A DNA stretch of 37,568 bases from a virus (taxonomy: Duplodnaviria; Caudoviricetes), in the IMG/VR virus record IMGVR_UViG_3300037420_000520, positions 1-37,568 of that record, one strand, 5' to 3'. The position numbers were made by a program, and so were the translations under genes. Under the pieces are notes generated by a model. The model ran no database searches, had not been told where the DNA came from, and worked only from the letters and a program-made list of their open reading frames with translations. Of this stretch, positions 1 to 8,066 are shown piece by piece. The first letter of the stretch is position 1; every line of letters begins with the position of its first letter.

Positions 1-537
1 CTCGCCGGATAGCTCATTGAGCCGGTTGCGAAGTGACTGAGCCTTTGCCGCCGTTTCGTCGTCGGTGATCTGGGCATAGGCATCCACGCCCTTGATTGCA
101 GCGTCGATCTGATCCTTGAGTTTTTCGGACTCGTCTACTTCGCCGGAATTGTCACCGATCGTCGGCGCTGGCGGCGCGATCTGTGCGGCAACGACAGCAT
201 CGTCATCTGGCCAGCCCTTGCCTTCGAGGGCGTCTACATATGCTTTGTGTGTCACGGGCTGCCGGCAGGCCCACGTGAAAAGTTCAGGGATGTCATCAAC
301 CGGCCTATTATCGCGATAGGCGACCGTGCGACCTTCTGCGTCCGGATAAATGCCGACAGGCTCCCACGCGCCACCCTTGCGGCGAACTCGGTAGTAACCA
401 AGCTGATATTCGCCGGGATGAACCGGCAGCGATGCCGAGCCGACTGCAGATGGATTCGCCAATGCTCCGAAATACCACTGCCAACGCTCAATAATGGCGA
501 CCTGTGTAATGTCGCCAGCTTTGATTGCTTCGTTCAT
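1..537 (-). CDS. Phage hypothetical protein (runs off the left edge)
   Basis: Translated by hand: MNEAIKAGDITQVAIIERWQWYFGALANPS...GYYRVRRKGGAWEPVGIY...; open for 179 codons; AGGAGG upstream; ATG overlaps the HNH stop (ATGA). Confidence 0.8.
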   Translation of the reverse strand, partial: MNEAIKAGDITQVAIIERWQWYFGALANPSAVGSASLPVHPGEYQLGYYRVRRKGGAWEPVGIYPDAEGRTVAYRDNRPVDDIPELFTWACRQPVTHKAYVDALEGKGWPDDDAVVAAQIAPPAPTIGDNSGEVDESEKLKDQIDAAIKGVDAYAQITDDETAAKAQSLRNRLNELSGE

Positions 538-1310
538 CCGTTCCTCCTATTGCGTCCCGTTTTGATGGCGCTGATAGTCGTCTTGGCAACTCCATATTCG
601 GAAGCCAGATCGACGCCGCGCTCGCCGCGGGAAAGCCTGGTTTTGATTCTGGAAACTTCTTGGCTGGTGAGTCTGCTCTTGTAGTGAGACTCGCCGAAGT
701 AGGGATGGTATTCGGGGTCATCGTAGACGATGCGATCAGCACTAACGATGCCGTCAAGGTGCTTCCAAGTCCGGCCAGTGATTGCGCCCCATGCAGTATT
801 TTTAGCGACACCAGTGGCTTTGATGATAGTTCCAAATGATGTGCCTTCACCTGCCATCCTTCGGATTTCCTTGACCAAATCACTGGTTAGGACTGATTTT
901 CCAGAGTTCTCGCCGATTGCTGGCCTCATTCGTCCACGGCGCCATGCGTCCGCTACATTGTCGATCGGCAAGCCGCGCACTAGGTGATCAGGGTTGACGC
1001 AACATCTCAAATCGCATCTGTGCCTGACGACGAAGCCAACCGACGATCCGTCTCCGTTGGCAGATTCGTAGCTAGTACGGTGCGCTGAATAGACTTTTTG
1101 TTTGAGGGTGAAATTGCCGTACCCGTCAGCCCCAGTTGCTCCGATCCATAACCAGCATCCGCTCATTGGCTCTTCAATGTATCGGTGGAAATATCGGCTA
1201 TGAAAATCAGGAATGAAGGACGGAGTTTTTGCTACACCGCAGAACGCATCGCCAGCAACTTTGTCGACTAAATCCAGAGCCAGCGCGCCGATTGAAACAG
1301 CTTCATTCAT
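534..1310 (-). CDS. HNH homing endonuclease with two C-terminal HTH repeats
   Basis: CWLWIGA..GYG, AHRTSYE, VVRHRCDLRCCVNPDHL, DNVADAWRRGR; repeats KSVLTSDLVKEIRR..GVAKNT and KSRLTSQEVSRIK..GVAKTT. Confidence 0.92.
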   Translation of the reverse strand: MNEAVSIGALALDLVDKVAGDAFCGVAKTPSFIPDFHSRYFHRYIEEPMSGCWLWIGATGADGYGNFTLKQKVYSAHRTSYESANGDGSSVGFVVRHRCDLRCCVNPDHLVRGLPIDNVADAWRRGRMRPAIGENSGKSVLTSDLVKEIRRMAGEGTSFGTIIKATGVAKNTAWGAITGRTWKHLDGIVSADRIVYDDPEYHPYFGESHYKSRLTSQEVSRIKTRLSRGERGVDLASEYGVAKTTISAIKTGRNRRNG

Positions 1311-1313
1311 GGT

Positions 1314-1550
1314 TCAAACCCTCCGAGAAATTTGGTAATCGTGTTCCGCTCGGCTGAGACCGACATTGGCCGCTGCAATGATCCCCAGCGCCGCCAGAGC
1401 CAGGACCGCGCCGACAAACACCGACCCGGCTAGATCGCGGTGGCTGAATGCGACCGATGGCAGTTCGTGAATGGTGATGGTGCGGGAGCATGACCGATCG
1501 CATGTTGCGGTATCGCAGCCTCCGAATATTTGTTGGCCGCATTCAGTCAT
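1314..1550 (-). CDS. Small membrane protein, hypothetical
   Basis: MTECGQQIFGGCD...; one hydrophobic segment (SVFVGAVLALAALGIIAAA); start overlaps the upstream stop. Confidence 0.6.
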   Translation of the reverse strand: MTECGQQIFGGCDTATCDRSCSRTITIHELPSVAFSHRDLAGSVFVGAVLALAALGIIAAANVGLSRAEHDYQISRRV

Positions 1551-1917
1551 AGTCGTCACCCCAATCATCGTATTGATCCAATTCCGCGCGGATGGCGGCT
1601 TGCTGCTTGCTGTAGCAAGGCGAGCAGACGTAATAGACACGGCCGATCATACCCTCTTCGTAGTCTCTGGTAGGGCGGAGCTTGGCGTCGGTACGGCACC
1701 AATCGCAGAAGCCGTCGGGCTCCTCGGACTTCATCTCCTCACGATATTTCGCCAAGCACTCAGCGCACATGTCGAAAAGTTCAGAGCCGAAAGAGTCCGT
1801 GTCGCCTTGGATGCGAGCGACTGCAGCGCGATCGGGATGCTCATCGCAAACCGTGCCATCTGGCAATTCGTAGCGAGCGCCTGGAAGGGTGGAAATGGGT
1901 CCGGTGACATCAGCCAT
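1543..1917 (-). CDS. Cys-rich putative Zn-binding phage protein
   Basis: MADVTGPISTLPG...; CDEH, CAEC, CDWC, CSPC pairs; GGGAGG RBS. Confidence 0.8.
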   Translation of the reverse strand: MADVTGPISTLPGARYELPDGTVCDEHPDRAAVARIQGDTDSFGSELFDMCAECLAKYREEMKSEEPDGFCDWCRTDAKLRPTRDYEEGMIGRVYYVCSPCYSKQQAAIRAELDQYDDWGDDYD

Positions 1918-2284
1918 TGGAGCCTCCCTGTAGGGCGGCGCGGGCGATGTTGCCACAGTCGTCCAGCAAGGACTCTTTCGGCTTCCACTCCAGTCCGGAG
2001 CGCTTCGGATGCGTCGTGAAGCACCATGCATCGGCGTAGAATTTCAGCGCCTCCTCCAGTTCCTCTACACGAGCCTGGAGAGCGGAGTGGGAGTTGACGG
2101 CCTCGACCGTGAAGCCGGCATCACAGAATGCACTGGCATGATCCTTCGGATTTCTGCCAATCGGGAACGCGGCGATCATGAACCCATCTGGCCCGATCAT
2201 GATGCAATCTTCGGAACCGAGCTTGTAGCGGACACCAGATCGTATCCACGGCAATGGACTGTGTTTTGTCTCAGGCGCGCTCAT
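1910..2284 (-). CDS. Phage hypothetical protein
   Basis: MSAPETKHSPLPW...AVNSHSALQARVEELEEALKFYAD; HSPLPW/HTPGPW-type N-terminus common in phage early genes. Confidence 0.75.
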   Translation of the reverse strand: MSAPETKHSPLPWIRSGVRYKLGSEDCIMIGPDGFMIAAFPIGRNPKDHASAFCDAGFTVEAVNSHSALQARVEELEEALKFYADAWCFTTHPKRSGLEWKPKESLLDDCGNIARAALQGGSNG

Positions 2285-2537
2285 GCTCGGCCTCCGAATT
2301 TGGAAGTGGCAGCCAATGGGTGACTGTCCATCGAAGATTGTGCAGGGCGATCCAGTTGCCAGGCACACCGGCCCACCAACCCTTTCCGTCTCGCCTTGCA
2401 ACCGTGGGATAGTGGTGGATTGCGACATCTGGATCGGAAATCCAAACCATGACTTCGCGATAATCAGGCGGCATGCGCTCATCAACCGGGATAGCGCTTG
2501 CGGGCAGACGGGCGAGCATCCAATCAGGCGCGCTCAT
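2271..2537 (-). CDS. DUF551-like phage protein
   Basis: IPVDERMP...VTHWLPLP signature. Confidence 0.75.
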   Translation of the reverse strand: MSAPDWMLARLPASAIPVDERMPPDYREVMVWISDPDVAIHHYPTVARRDGKGWWAGVPGNWIALHNLRWTVTHWLPLPNSEAEHERA

Positions 2538-2856
2538 TGGCTTGCTCCTCGTCTTCGGGATATCGTGTCAACCACGGCTGCTCAGGGCCAATGTCTCCGC
2601 CAGAGAGCGCCGTCTCTGCGACGGCCTTCACCGCGTTGTATTGCTCGGTAGATGTCCTGGCGTTAGCCCGAACTGGCGTCATCTTGGCCAGTCGATCCAA
2701 CGCTTCGCGGAATACCTCCACTTCGTTGATCGCCTTCACTAGTTCCGCCGCCACTTCCTCATTTCGGCAAAAGGCGATAGGCGTGACGACATGTCCGGTG
2801 GACGGGCCTAGTTTCATAATCTGGTGCTTGTCTGCGAAGATTTGGTTCTTGTTCAT
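2524..2856 (-). CDS. Phage hypothetical protein
   Basis: 110 aa ORF tiled in the leftward operon with GAGGAGG RBS. Confidence 0.7.
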   Translation of the reverse strand: MNKNQIFADKHQIMKLGPSTGHVVTPIAFCRNEEVAAELVKAINEVEVFREALDRLAKMTPVRANARTSTEQYNAVKAVAETALSGGDIGPEQPWLTRYPEDEEQANERA

Positions 2857-2857
2857 C

Positions 2858-3061
2858 TCAAGCCTCCTCGCGCTGAGCGCAGAACTGGTTGACGCGGTTG
2901 ATCTGCCCTAGCGCGGCGGTAAGCTGCCGCTGGACATCCTCGATGGTGGCGCCAGCTGCGAACTGGCTGCCCATCCAATCGCCGAGCGAGGGAAGGACGT
3001 TTACCCGTACCGCAGCGGCCAGCATCAGTTTTGGATCAGTAGAGATGTAGAGCTTACGCAT
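2858..3061 (-). CDS. Phage hypothetical protein
   Basis: 67 aa ORF coupled to neighbours, ends REEA-stop. Confidence 0.65.
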   Translation of the reverse strand: MRKLYISTDPKLMLAAAVRVNVLPSLGDWMGSQFAAGATIEDVQRQLTAALGQINRVNQFCAQREEA

Positions 3062-3233
3062 CGTCGCGATCCTCGATCTTTCGGCCCATAGCGAGCGCCA
3101 GTGTTTCGAATCTCACCTGTGCGCTGTCGAGCATTATGGGACGGTCGTCGAGAGTTGCAGCCTTCGCTTCTATCAGGCGCCTGTGGAGCCGGGCCGCGGC
3201 GTCGATGGCTTGTTCAAGTTGAAACTGTGTCAT
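3054..3233 (-). CDS. Phage hypothetical protein
   Basis: MTQFQLEQAIDAAARL...; GGGAGG RBS upstream of ATG at 3233. Confidence 0.6.
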   Translation of the reverse strand: MTQFQLEQAIDAAARLHRRLIEAKAATLDDRPIMLDSAQVRFETLALAMGRKIEDRDDA

Positions 3234-3320
3234 GGCTGGCCTCCCTGGCGGCAGCAAATGCACGGAAGATTGCCTTGTCATCGGCGCGGTCGGGTGTGGG
3301 CTTGGTGAGCATGGCCGGCC

Positions 3321-3740
3321 TCAATCAATCTTCTTGGTGACGATCGAGAGGTTGCCGTCTGGCAAAGTGGTAACGGCCATCATGGCGATGCCGCTGCTGC
3401 TGCCATAGGATGACACCCATAGTGGTGTTTCCGAATCCATGGTGAAGTCTCCGCCCTTGTAGCCCTCGAATGTCGCGCCAAGAGCATCGGCAACTTCGAC
3501 AAGAAGCTGAGATACCTTGCGCAGCGGCTGGACGCGCTCGAAAGCCAGATCCGAATAATAGCCGCGGTAGGAGTGCGGTTCGTCTGGCGAAGTCTCTCCG
3601 CCATCCAGCAATACGAGAGCGTCGGGATTCGCCTCCTGCAGCGCTGCATGGAGAGCTCCGAGCGTGAGATGATACTTCGAGCGATCCTTCTTCCAACCAT
3701 CGGACAGCGCGTCGATGTAGCCCTGCATATCCATTTCCAT
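3321..3740 (-). CDS. Phage hypothetical protein
   Basis: MEMDMQGYIDAL...HSYRGYYSDLAFE...TFEGYKGGDFTM; TGGAGG RBS. Confidence 0.8.
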   Translation of the reverse strand: MEMDMQGYIDALSDGWKKDRSKYHLTLGALHAALQEANPDALVLLDGGETSPDEPHSYRGYYSDLAFERVQPLRKVSQLLVEVADALGATFEGYKGGDFTMDSETPLWVSSYGSSSGIAMMAVTTLPDGNLSIVTKKID

Positions 3741-3793
3741 TCCTCCAGCCGCTAAGCGGCGATCTTGCGCACTGCAGGCGCGGTTGATGCGTG

Positions 3794-4162
3794 TTAGGCG
3801 AAATCCTGATCTGCCCACGGGTCGTAGGAGAGATTGGCCCTGACGATGCGAACGAGTTCGTTTCGGACATCGCGGATGACGCCGCTCATGCCTTGGATGT
3901 GGATTGCCGATGAAACGGGAAGCTTTACTGAGTAGAGGATCGTGTCGAGGCGATCTGCCAACTGGCCGATTTCGTCCGCTTGCTCTTCCGTCATTTTCGC
4001 CATGTCTACGGCGGCTGCCTCATCGGAAAGGATCGACGTAACAAGATCGGCCAGCGCGTCGGCGGCGTTCTTGGCGTCCTCTTCATCGCCAGACGTGGCA
4101 ACGAGCCGAGACAGTTCCAAAAGCTTCGCCCGATCTTCCGGGTATGCGCTAAAAGGCTTCAT
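3794..4162 (-). CDS. Phage hypothetical protein (helical)
   Basis: 122 aa ORF with AGGAGG RBS. Confidence 0.7.
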   Translation of the reverse strand: MKPFSAYPEDRAKLLELSRLVATSGDEEDAKNAADALADLVTSILSDEAAAVDMAKMTEEQADEIGQLADRLDTILYSVKLPVSSAIHIQGMSGVIRDVRNELVRIVRANLSYDPWADQDFA

Positions 4163-4207
4163 TTCAATTCCCTCCTATGCAGCCTGGCTGACGGCCGGCG
4201 CGGTTGC

Positions 4208-4531
4208 TTATGCTCGTGAGTGATCGTAAGAGACGGACAGGATCGCCCTGCGGTGCGCGACCTGGGCGGCGATGTCGTCCTCGTCCCGACCGTCGATCTG
4301 GTCTAGGAAGCAACTATCCACAGCCCCACGCGGGCCGGTGACGTTGAACATCTCGTCGGATATGTACGAGCCGTCTCCGCCTAGCTGGTAGGCCAAGCCC
4401 TCGAAGCTGGCGAACATGTCGGCCATGAAAGACCGGAAGGCTTCACGGTTCGTGCGCGGGTCGTTATTTCTATCCATCTCGGCTTTCGCGCGGGAGATCG
4501 CTGCGTGCATGCTGTCGTAGTGGTTTGCCAT
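4208..4531 (-). CDS. Phage hypothetical protein
   Basis: 107 aa ORF in operon orientation. Confidence 0.65.
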   Translation of the reverse strand: MANHYDSMHAAISRAKAEMDRNNDPRTNREAFRSFMADMFASFEGLAYQLGGDGSYISDEMFNVTGPRGAVDSCFLDQIDGRDEDDIAAQVAHRRAILSVSYDHSRA

Positions 4532-4567
4532 TGTCGTATGCCTATGGGCTGGTGAATTGGTTGGGGG

Positions 4568-4876
4568 TCAGGCGGCGGTCGGCTTGCAAATGGGCGCCGA
4601 GTTCAGGAAGCTCTTGGCCTGAGACCAGCCACAAGCTGCGAGGTATTCCATGCCCCAAGCTTCGAGGAAGTCGCTGCCAACATAGCCAGGAGAGCCGTAT
4701 GGAGACTTGGCGCAACTGTCGTGCATGCACTTCGTCGCCTTGCCGATGACACGAGCCATGAGAACGGTTTCGCCATCCTGGATAATCTTTCGGCACGAGC
4801 AGCAGCGATGGTTATGCTTCCTGCGCGAAGACGAATACGTCACTGTCCAATAGGCATCGGGCATCTTCATTTCCAT
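4568..4876 (-). CDS. Small Cys/His putative Zn-binding protein
   Basis: HRCCSCRKIIQDGE...MHDSC; GAGGA RBS. Confidence 0.7.
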   Translation of the reverse strand: MEMKMPDAYWTVTYSSSRRKHNHRCCSCRKIIQDGETVLMARVIGKATKCMHDSCAKSPYGSPGYVGSDFLEAWGMEYLAACGWSQAKSFLNSAPICKPTAA

Positions 4877-4936
4877 CGTCCTCTATCTCTCAGCTTCCCG
4901 TAGCTTCGGCTGGGCCGGTGTCGGTGGGTGGGGTGA

Positions 4937-5260
4937 TTATTCGATCTCGCCAAGCGCTCTCTGGCAGATGCTAAGGAGATTCATTTCCTCGTTCGGATCG
5001 AAGCGCTCGCCATCGTGGTCTGCGTCGGAAAAACGCTCAAAATAGTCGGCAGCTTCGCTAAGCGCGGTGTTCGCCGCTTCCAATCCAGACAGCAGCTTGC
5101 GAGCGGCAGTTTCGATGGAGGAAAGGCGAACTATGACACTATCCTGCATCGCCTCTTTACAAGCCGGGTCTTCAGCAACTCGACCAAAGAGATATTTAGC
5201 ATCCGCTTGAAGCTCATTGAGCGGGATTCTTATGTCGTCCTGTAATTCAGCGCTGGTCAT
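4937..5260 (-). CDS. Phage hypothetical protein
   Basis: MTSAELQDDIRIPL...; AAGGA RBS. Confidence 0.7.
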   Translation of the reverse strand: MTSAELQDDIRIPLNELQADAKYLFGRVAEDPACKEAMQDSVIVRLSSIETAARKLLSGLEAANTALSEAADYFERFSDADHDGERFDPNEEMNLLSICQRALGEIE

Positions 5261-5288
5261 TGCTGTATCCTTGCGTTGGATTGGGTGG

Positions 5289-5456
5289 TCAGAGGATTGT
5301 TTCCTCAAGGAGCCTGTCGTACTTATCGGCGAGCTTCTTCATGTCGCGGGCCATCTCTGAAAGGATGCGCTCAGCGTCGGCCGGATTCAGAAAGCGCAAA
5401 GCATCAAAGATCCGCTCTCGCGCTCTGGTGATGGAATATTCCTCAGTCATTGCCAT
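5289..5456 (-). CDS. Small hypothetical protein (55 aa, below the ORF-track cutoff)
   Basis: Hand translation MAMTEEYSITRARERIFDALRFLNPADAERILSEMARDMKKLADKYDRLLEETIL; GAGG upstream. Confidence 0.6.
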   Translation of the reverse strand: MAMTEEYSITRARERIFDALRFLNPADAERILSEMARDMKKLADKYDRLLEETIL

Positions 5457-5540
5457 GCCTCATTCCTCTCTCGTTCTGGCCGCTTCGCGGGGGAGGCGGG
5501 GGCCGTTTAGAACTCCGCCCGAAGACGGAGGCCTAAGCGG

Positions 5541-5876
5541 TCAGGCTGCCTCTTCTTTCGGCGATGCCGAGACGAATTCAGAGATCGACATTGGCGGGTC
5601 GTCATAGGCTTCGACCGTCTGAGCATCGCAGTCGACAATCACGGTTTCCCCGCCATCGCAGATGACCGAAGAAATACCGTAGCCAGTTGTCCCGTTGTCC
5701 CCGTTGATCATGTCGGTGAAGAGGATGCGGGCCAAATACTGACCGTCATTCCAACGATCCTTGCCTCGCTTCAGGGATGCACGGGCAATCTCAGGAAGTT
5801 GAGAGCCGCACCAATGCGAGTAGAGATAAACTTTGCTGTTGCCGTCCTTGACTACGATGTTTCCGCGATCACCCAT
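5541..5876 (-). CDS. Phage hypothetical protein, first gene of the pL operon
   Basis: MGDRGNIVVKDG..VYLYSHWCG...; AGGAGG RBS. Confidence 0.8.
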   Translation of the reverse strand: MGDRGNIVVKDGNSKVYLYSHWCGSQLPEIARASLKRGKDRWNDGQYLARILFTDMINGDNGTTGYGISSVICDGGETVIVDCDAQTVEAYDDPPMSISEFVSASPKEEAA

Positions 5877-5940
5877 CTTATCCTCCTGGGTTCTGGTTCC
5901 TGCCGCTTCCCGTCAATGTGTTCGGCGGCTGATGGAGAGG

Positions 5941-5969
5941 AATATGCCATCTGGCAAAAATTGTGTCAA
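5941..5969 (-). promoter_or_regulatory. Leftward early promoter (pL)
   Basis: Minus strand TTGACA (5969-5964), 17 bp spacer, CATATT (5946-5941); an operator lies in the spacer. Confidence 0.8.
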
Positions 5970-6010
5970 TCGGCAAAATGCCATCTGGCAAAAAATATTG
6001 CCATGTGGCA
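5945..6010. promoter_or_regulatory. OL: three palindromic repressor operators
   Basis: TGCCATCTGGCA 5945-5956, TGCCATCTGGCA 5979-5990, TGCCATGTGGCA 5999-6010. Confidence 0.85.
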
Positions 6011-6020
6011 CAAAGGGACC

Positions 6021-6368
6021 ATGACCCATATTGTGAAAAAAACGCTGTCGCTCTCTGGCATGTTTTACCGGCGTCGAGATGACTGGATAAAATTCGTTCT
6101 GGAAATTCCGAAGGCAGAACTATCGTTCACCGAAAAGGCGATAGCTATATTCATTGCCGAGAAGATGAACCCGCGGGATCAATCGTGGGTTATCTCTCAA
6201 GAGCGCATAGCCAAAGCCTTGGGCCTGAAAATCAGGATCGTGAAAAGCGCCGTTGCTAAGCTAAAAGAGCGTGGGCTGATCCGTACAAGGCGAACACGGT
6301 TAAATGGGAAACCGAAGTTGTTCAATGCTTACGAGATTGTGGCTGTTGAGGATGCGGAACCCTTGTGA
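6021..6368 (+). CDS. Winged-helix protein resembling the N-terminal domain of phage replication initiators
   Basis: LSFTEKAIAIFIA...ISQERIAKALGLKIRIVKSAVAKLKERGLI...NAYEI; AAGGGA upstream of ATG 6021. Confidence 0.75.
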   Translation: MTHIVKKTLSLSGMFYRRRDDWIKFVLEIPKAELSFTEKAIAIFIAEKMNPRDQSWVISQERIAKALGLKIRIVKSAVAKLKERGLIRTRRTRLNGKPKLFNAYEIVAVEDAEPL

Positions 6369-6369
6369 C

Positions 6370-6410
6370 GTGCACCACCATGCACCTAGTAAGGTGCACC
6401 ACCATGCACC
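6370..6410 (+). repeat. Perfect 17 bp direct repeat (iteron-like) followed by an AT-rich tract
   Basis: GTGCACCACCATGCACC at 6370-6386 and 6394-6410; AT-rich sequence at about 6412-6460. Confidence 0.85.
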
Positions 6411-6494
6411 CATTATAACAGACAGGCTTTATAACGGACTTTATTATTTCTTAAGGTTCTTGCTCTGAGGGGAGTTGTTGGAAGGGTGTGAAAG

Positions 6495-6782
6495 TCAGGG
6501 ATTAGGTTGCTCACTGGCAGGCCTATCGTTCATCATCCGCTCCACCGCGCTGGAATCGTCCTTCCCGTCTTGGGACTTCGTGGTGAGCCTATAAGCCGAT
6601 GGGTAATAGCATCCTTCAACGGTGCACATGCGCAAGTTCCCAGTGCGCTTATCGAGCACCCAAACAACACCTTGCGAGATCGTCCCCGCTTGGTAGCCAG
6701 TAAACCAGACATAGATCAGGGTTGAGATGACGAGGCTGGCAAACAACCACAGCCCTACTGGCAGTGCGCGGAGGGTTTCCAT
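6495..6782 (-). CDS. Small single-pass membrane protein downstream of cI
   Basis: Hydrophobic N-terminus LPVGLWLFASLVISTLIYVWF; starts 2 bp after the cI stop. Confidence 0.7.
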   Translation of the reverse strand: METLRALPVGLWLFASLVISTLIYVWFTGYQAGTISQGVVWVLDKRTGNLRMCTVEGCYYPSAYRLTTKSQDGKDDSSAVERMMNDRPASEQPNP

Positions 6783-6784
6783 GT

Positions 6785-7483
6785 CTAAATCGTGAACCTC
6801 CCGATGTACCTACCGATGATTTCGATCTCCCCAAGCGTCAGCTCGCGCTCACGATGGAGCTTGTTGTCGGACGATATCAGGACCGTCACAATTTCGTCGC
6901 CCGGCCTTGATGTCACCTCAAGCCGCTTGACGATAACCCCGCCGAATTCGTCGGCCAGCACATAGACGCCTGGCGGCGAAGGGACGCGGTGCCGAGTATC
7001 GGCAAAGACAACATCCCCGTCCAGGATCGTCGGCAGCATCGAATCTCCCTTGGACTGAAAGGCGGCGATATATTGCGGCTCGACCCCAAGCCGAGCAAAA
7101 ACCCAGCTCGGAAAGCGCCAGTGATCTCGTACCGCCTCCCGGTGGAATGTGACGCCGTTGACGGTCGTGTTTTCCACGATTGACAGACCGCCCCCGCCTA
7201 GCCCCGCCATGACATCGATTTCCGGGATATCGCCCTTGCTGTGGCTTGGCGTTGGCATTGGCATCGTCGCGGCAGTTTCAAGGTGTTCGTGATCGAACTC
7301 GTTGGAAACGTCGATCGGCTCGCAGCCAAGCGCCTTCGCGATTTTGAGGACGTTTTCAAGGGATAACCCCCGATTGCCAGTTTCCATGCGCTGCAAGTGT
7401 CCAGAGGAAATGCCTGTCATCTCGGACAGTTCCTCAAGAGTGATATCTTTTGCCCTGCGAAGGGTGCGGATTTGGTTTGCCAT
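6785..7483 (-). CDS. cI: CI-type repressor (XRE HTH plus S24 peptidase domain)
   Basis: IRTLRRAKDITLEELSEMTGISSGHLQRMETGNR HTH; AG cleavage site (VMAGLGGG); GDSMLPTILDGD (catalytic Ser) and VIVKRL (catalytic Lys). Confidence 0.95.
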   Translation of the reverse strand: MANQIRTLRRAKDITLEELSEMTGISSGHLQRMETGNRGLSLENVLKIAKALGCEPIDVSNEFDHEHLETAATMPMPTPSHSKGDIPEIDVMAGLGGGGLSIVENTTVNGVTFHREAVRDHWRFPSWVFARLGVEPQYIAAFQSKGDSMLPTILDGDVVFADTRHRVPSPPGVYVLADEFGGVIVKRLEVTSRPGDEIVTVLISSDNKLHRERELTLGEIEIIGRYIGRFTI

Positions 7484-7495
7484 TTTGCTGTTATT

Positions 7496-7563
7496 TGCCA
7501 AGTGGGAAAAAAATCCAGAGCCAACTGGCAAAGGCCAATTGACAATAATATTGCCATGTGGCA
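7496..7563. promoter_or_regulatory. OR operators and rightward promoter pR
   Basis: TGCCAAGTGGGA 7496-7507, AGCCAACTGGCA 7519-7530, TGCCATGTGGCA 7552-7563; TTGACA 7539-7544, 17 bp, CAACTT 7562-7567. Confidence 0.8.
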
Positions 7564-7575
7564 ACTTCCATCATT

Positions 7576-7779
7576 ATGACCCTTGACCAATATCTCAAAG
7601 ACACCGGAACCAAGCCCGTTGCATTTGCGGCGAGCATCGGCGTGGCCCCGTCCACGATCACTAGGATACTTCGGGGAGAGAGGTCCCCGGGGATCGATAT
7701 CATTGCCAAAATCAAAGCAGCCACCAATGACAAGGTTGGTTTCGAGGACTGGCTAACGCAGACTGGAGATGCGGCATGA
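7576..7779 (+). CDS. cro: Cro-like HTH regulator
   Basis: MTLDQYLK...FAASIGVAPSTITRILRGERSPG...TNDKVGFEDW; divergent from cI. Confidence 0.9.
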   Translation: MTLDQYLKDTGTKPVAFAASIGVAPSTITRILRGERSPGIDIIAKIKAATNDKVGFEDWLTQTGDAA

Positions 7780-8066
7780 GCCTCGTAACCAGCAACATGC
7801 AGGCAGCGTTCCCGAGCGTATTCTCGATCCCGCCTGACACGATGAAGCCGGATGGCACAGTCACCAGCCCGAGCGAGACGCAACTGTTCATCAATACCGG
7901 GATGACACTTCGGGATTATTTCGCGTCTCAAACTCTCGCCTCCGTTGGCACATGGACGCCAATCGGCTTTGCAAAGCTCACCAGCAAGGACGCCCTGAAG
8001 GCGCGTGCTGAATGGGCATACGCCCAAGCCGATGCAATGTTGGCGGCGCGGGAGAATGCGGCATGA
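7776..8066 (+). CDS. Phage protein of the GMTLRDYFA...AYxxADAML family
   Basis: AFP...GMTLRDYFASQ...AYAQADAMLAAR. Confidence 0.85.
   Translation: MSLVTSNMQAAFPSVFSIPPDTMKPDGTVTSPSETQLFINTGMTLRDYFASQTLASVGTWTPIGFAKLTSKDALKARAEWAYAQADAMLAARENAA

Noticed and set aside
6370-6410. Direct repeat as a possible mini-CRISPR
   Set aside because: Only two 17 bp copies with a 7 bp spacer, and no cas genes
7484-7575. ORF-track N-terminal extensions of cI (to 7564) and cro (from 7558)
   Set aside because: They run through the operator/promoter region; the HTH domains begin at 7483 and 7576
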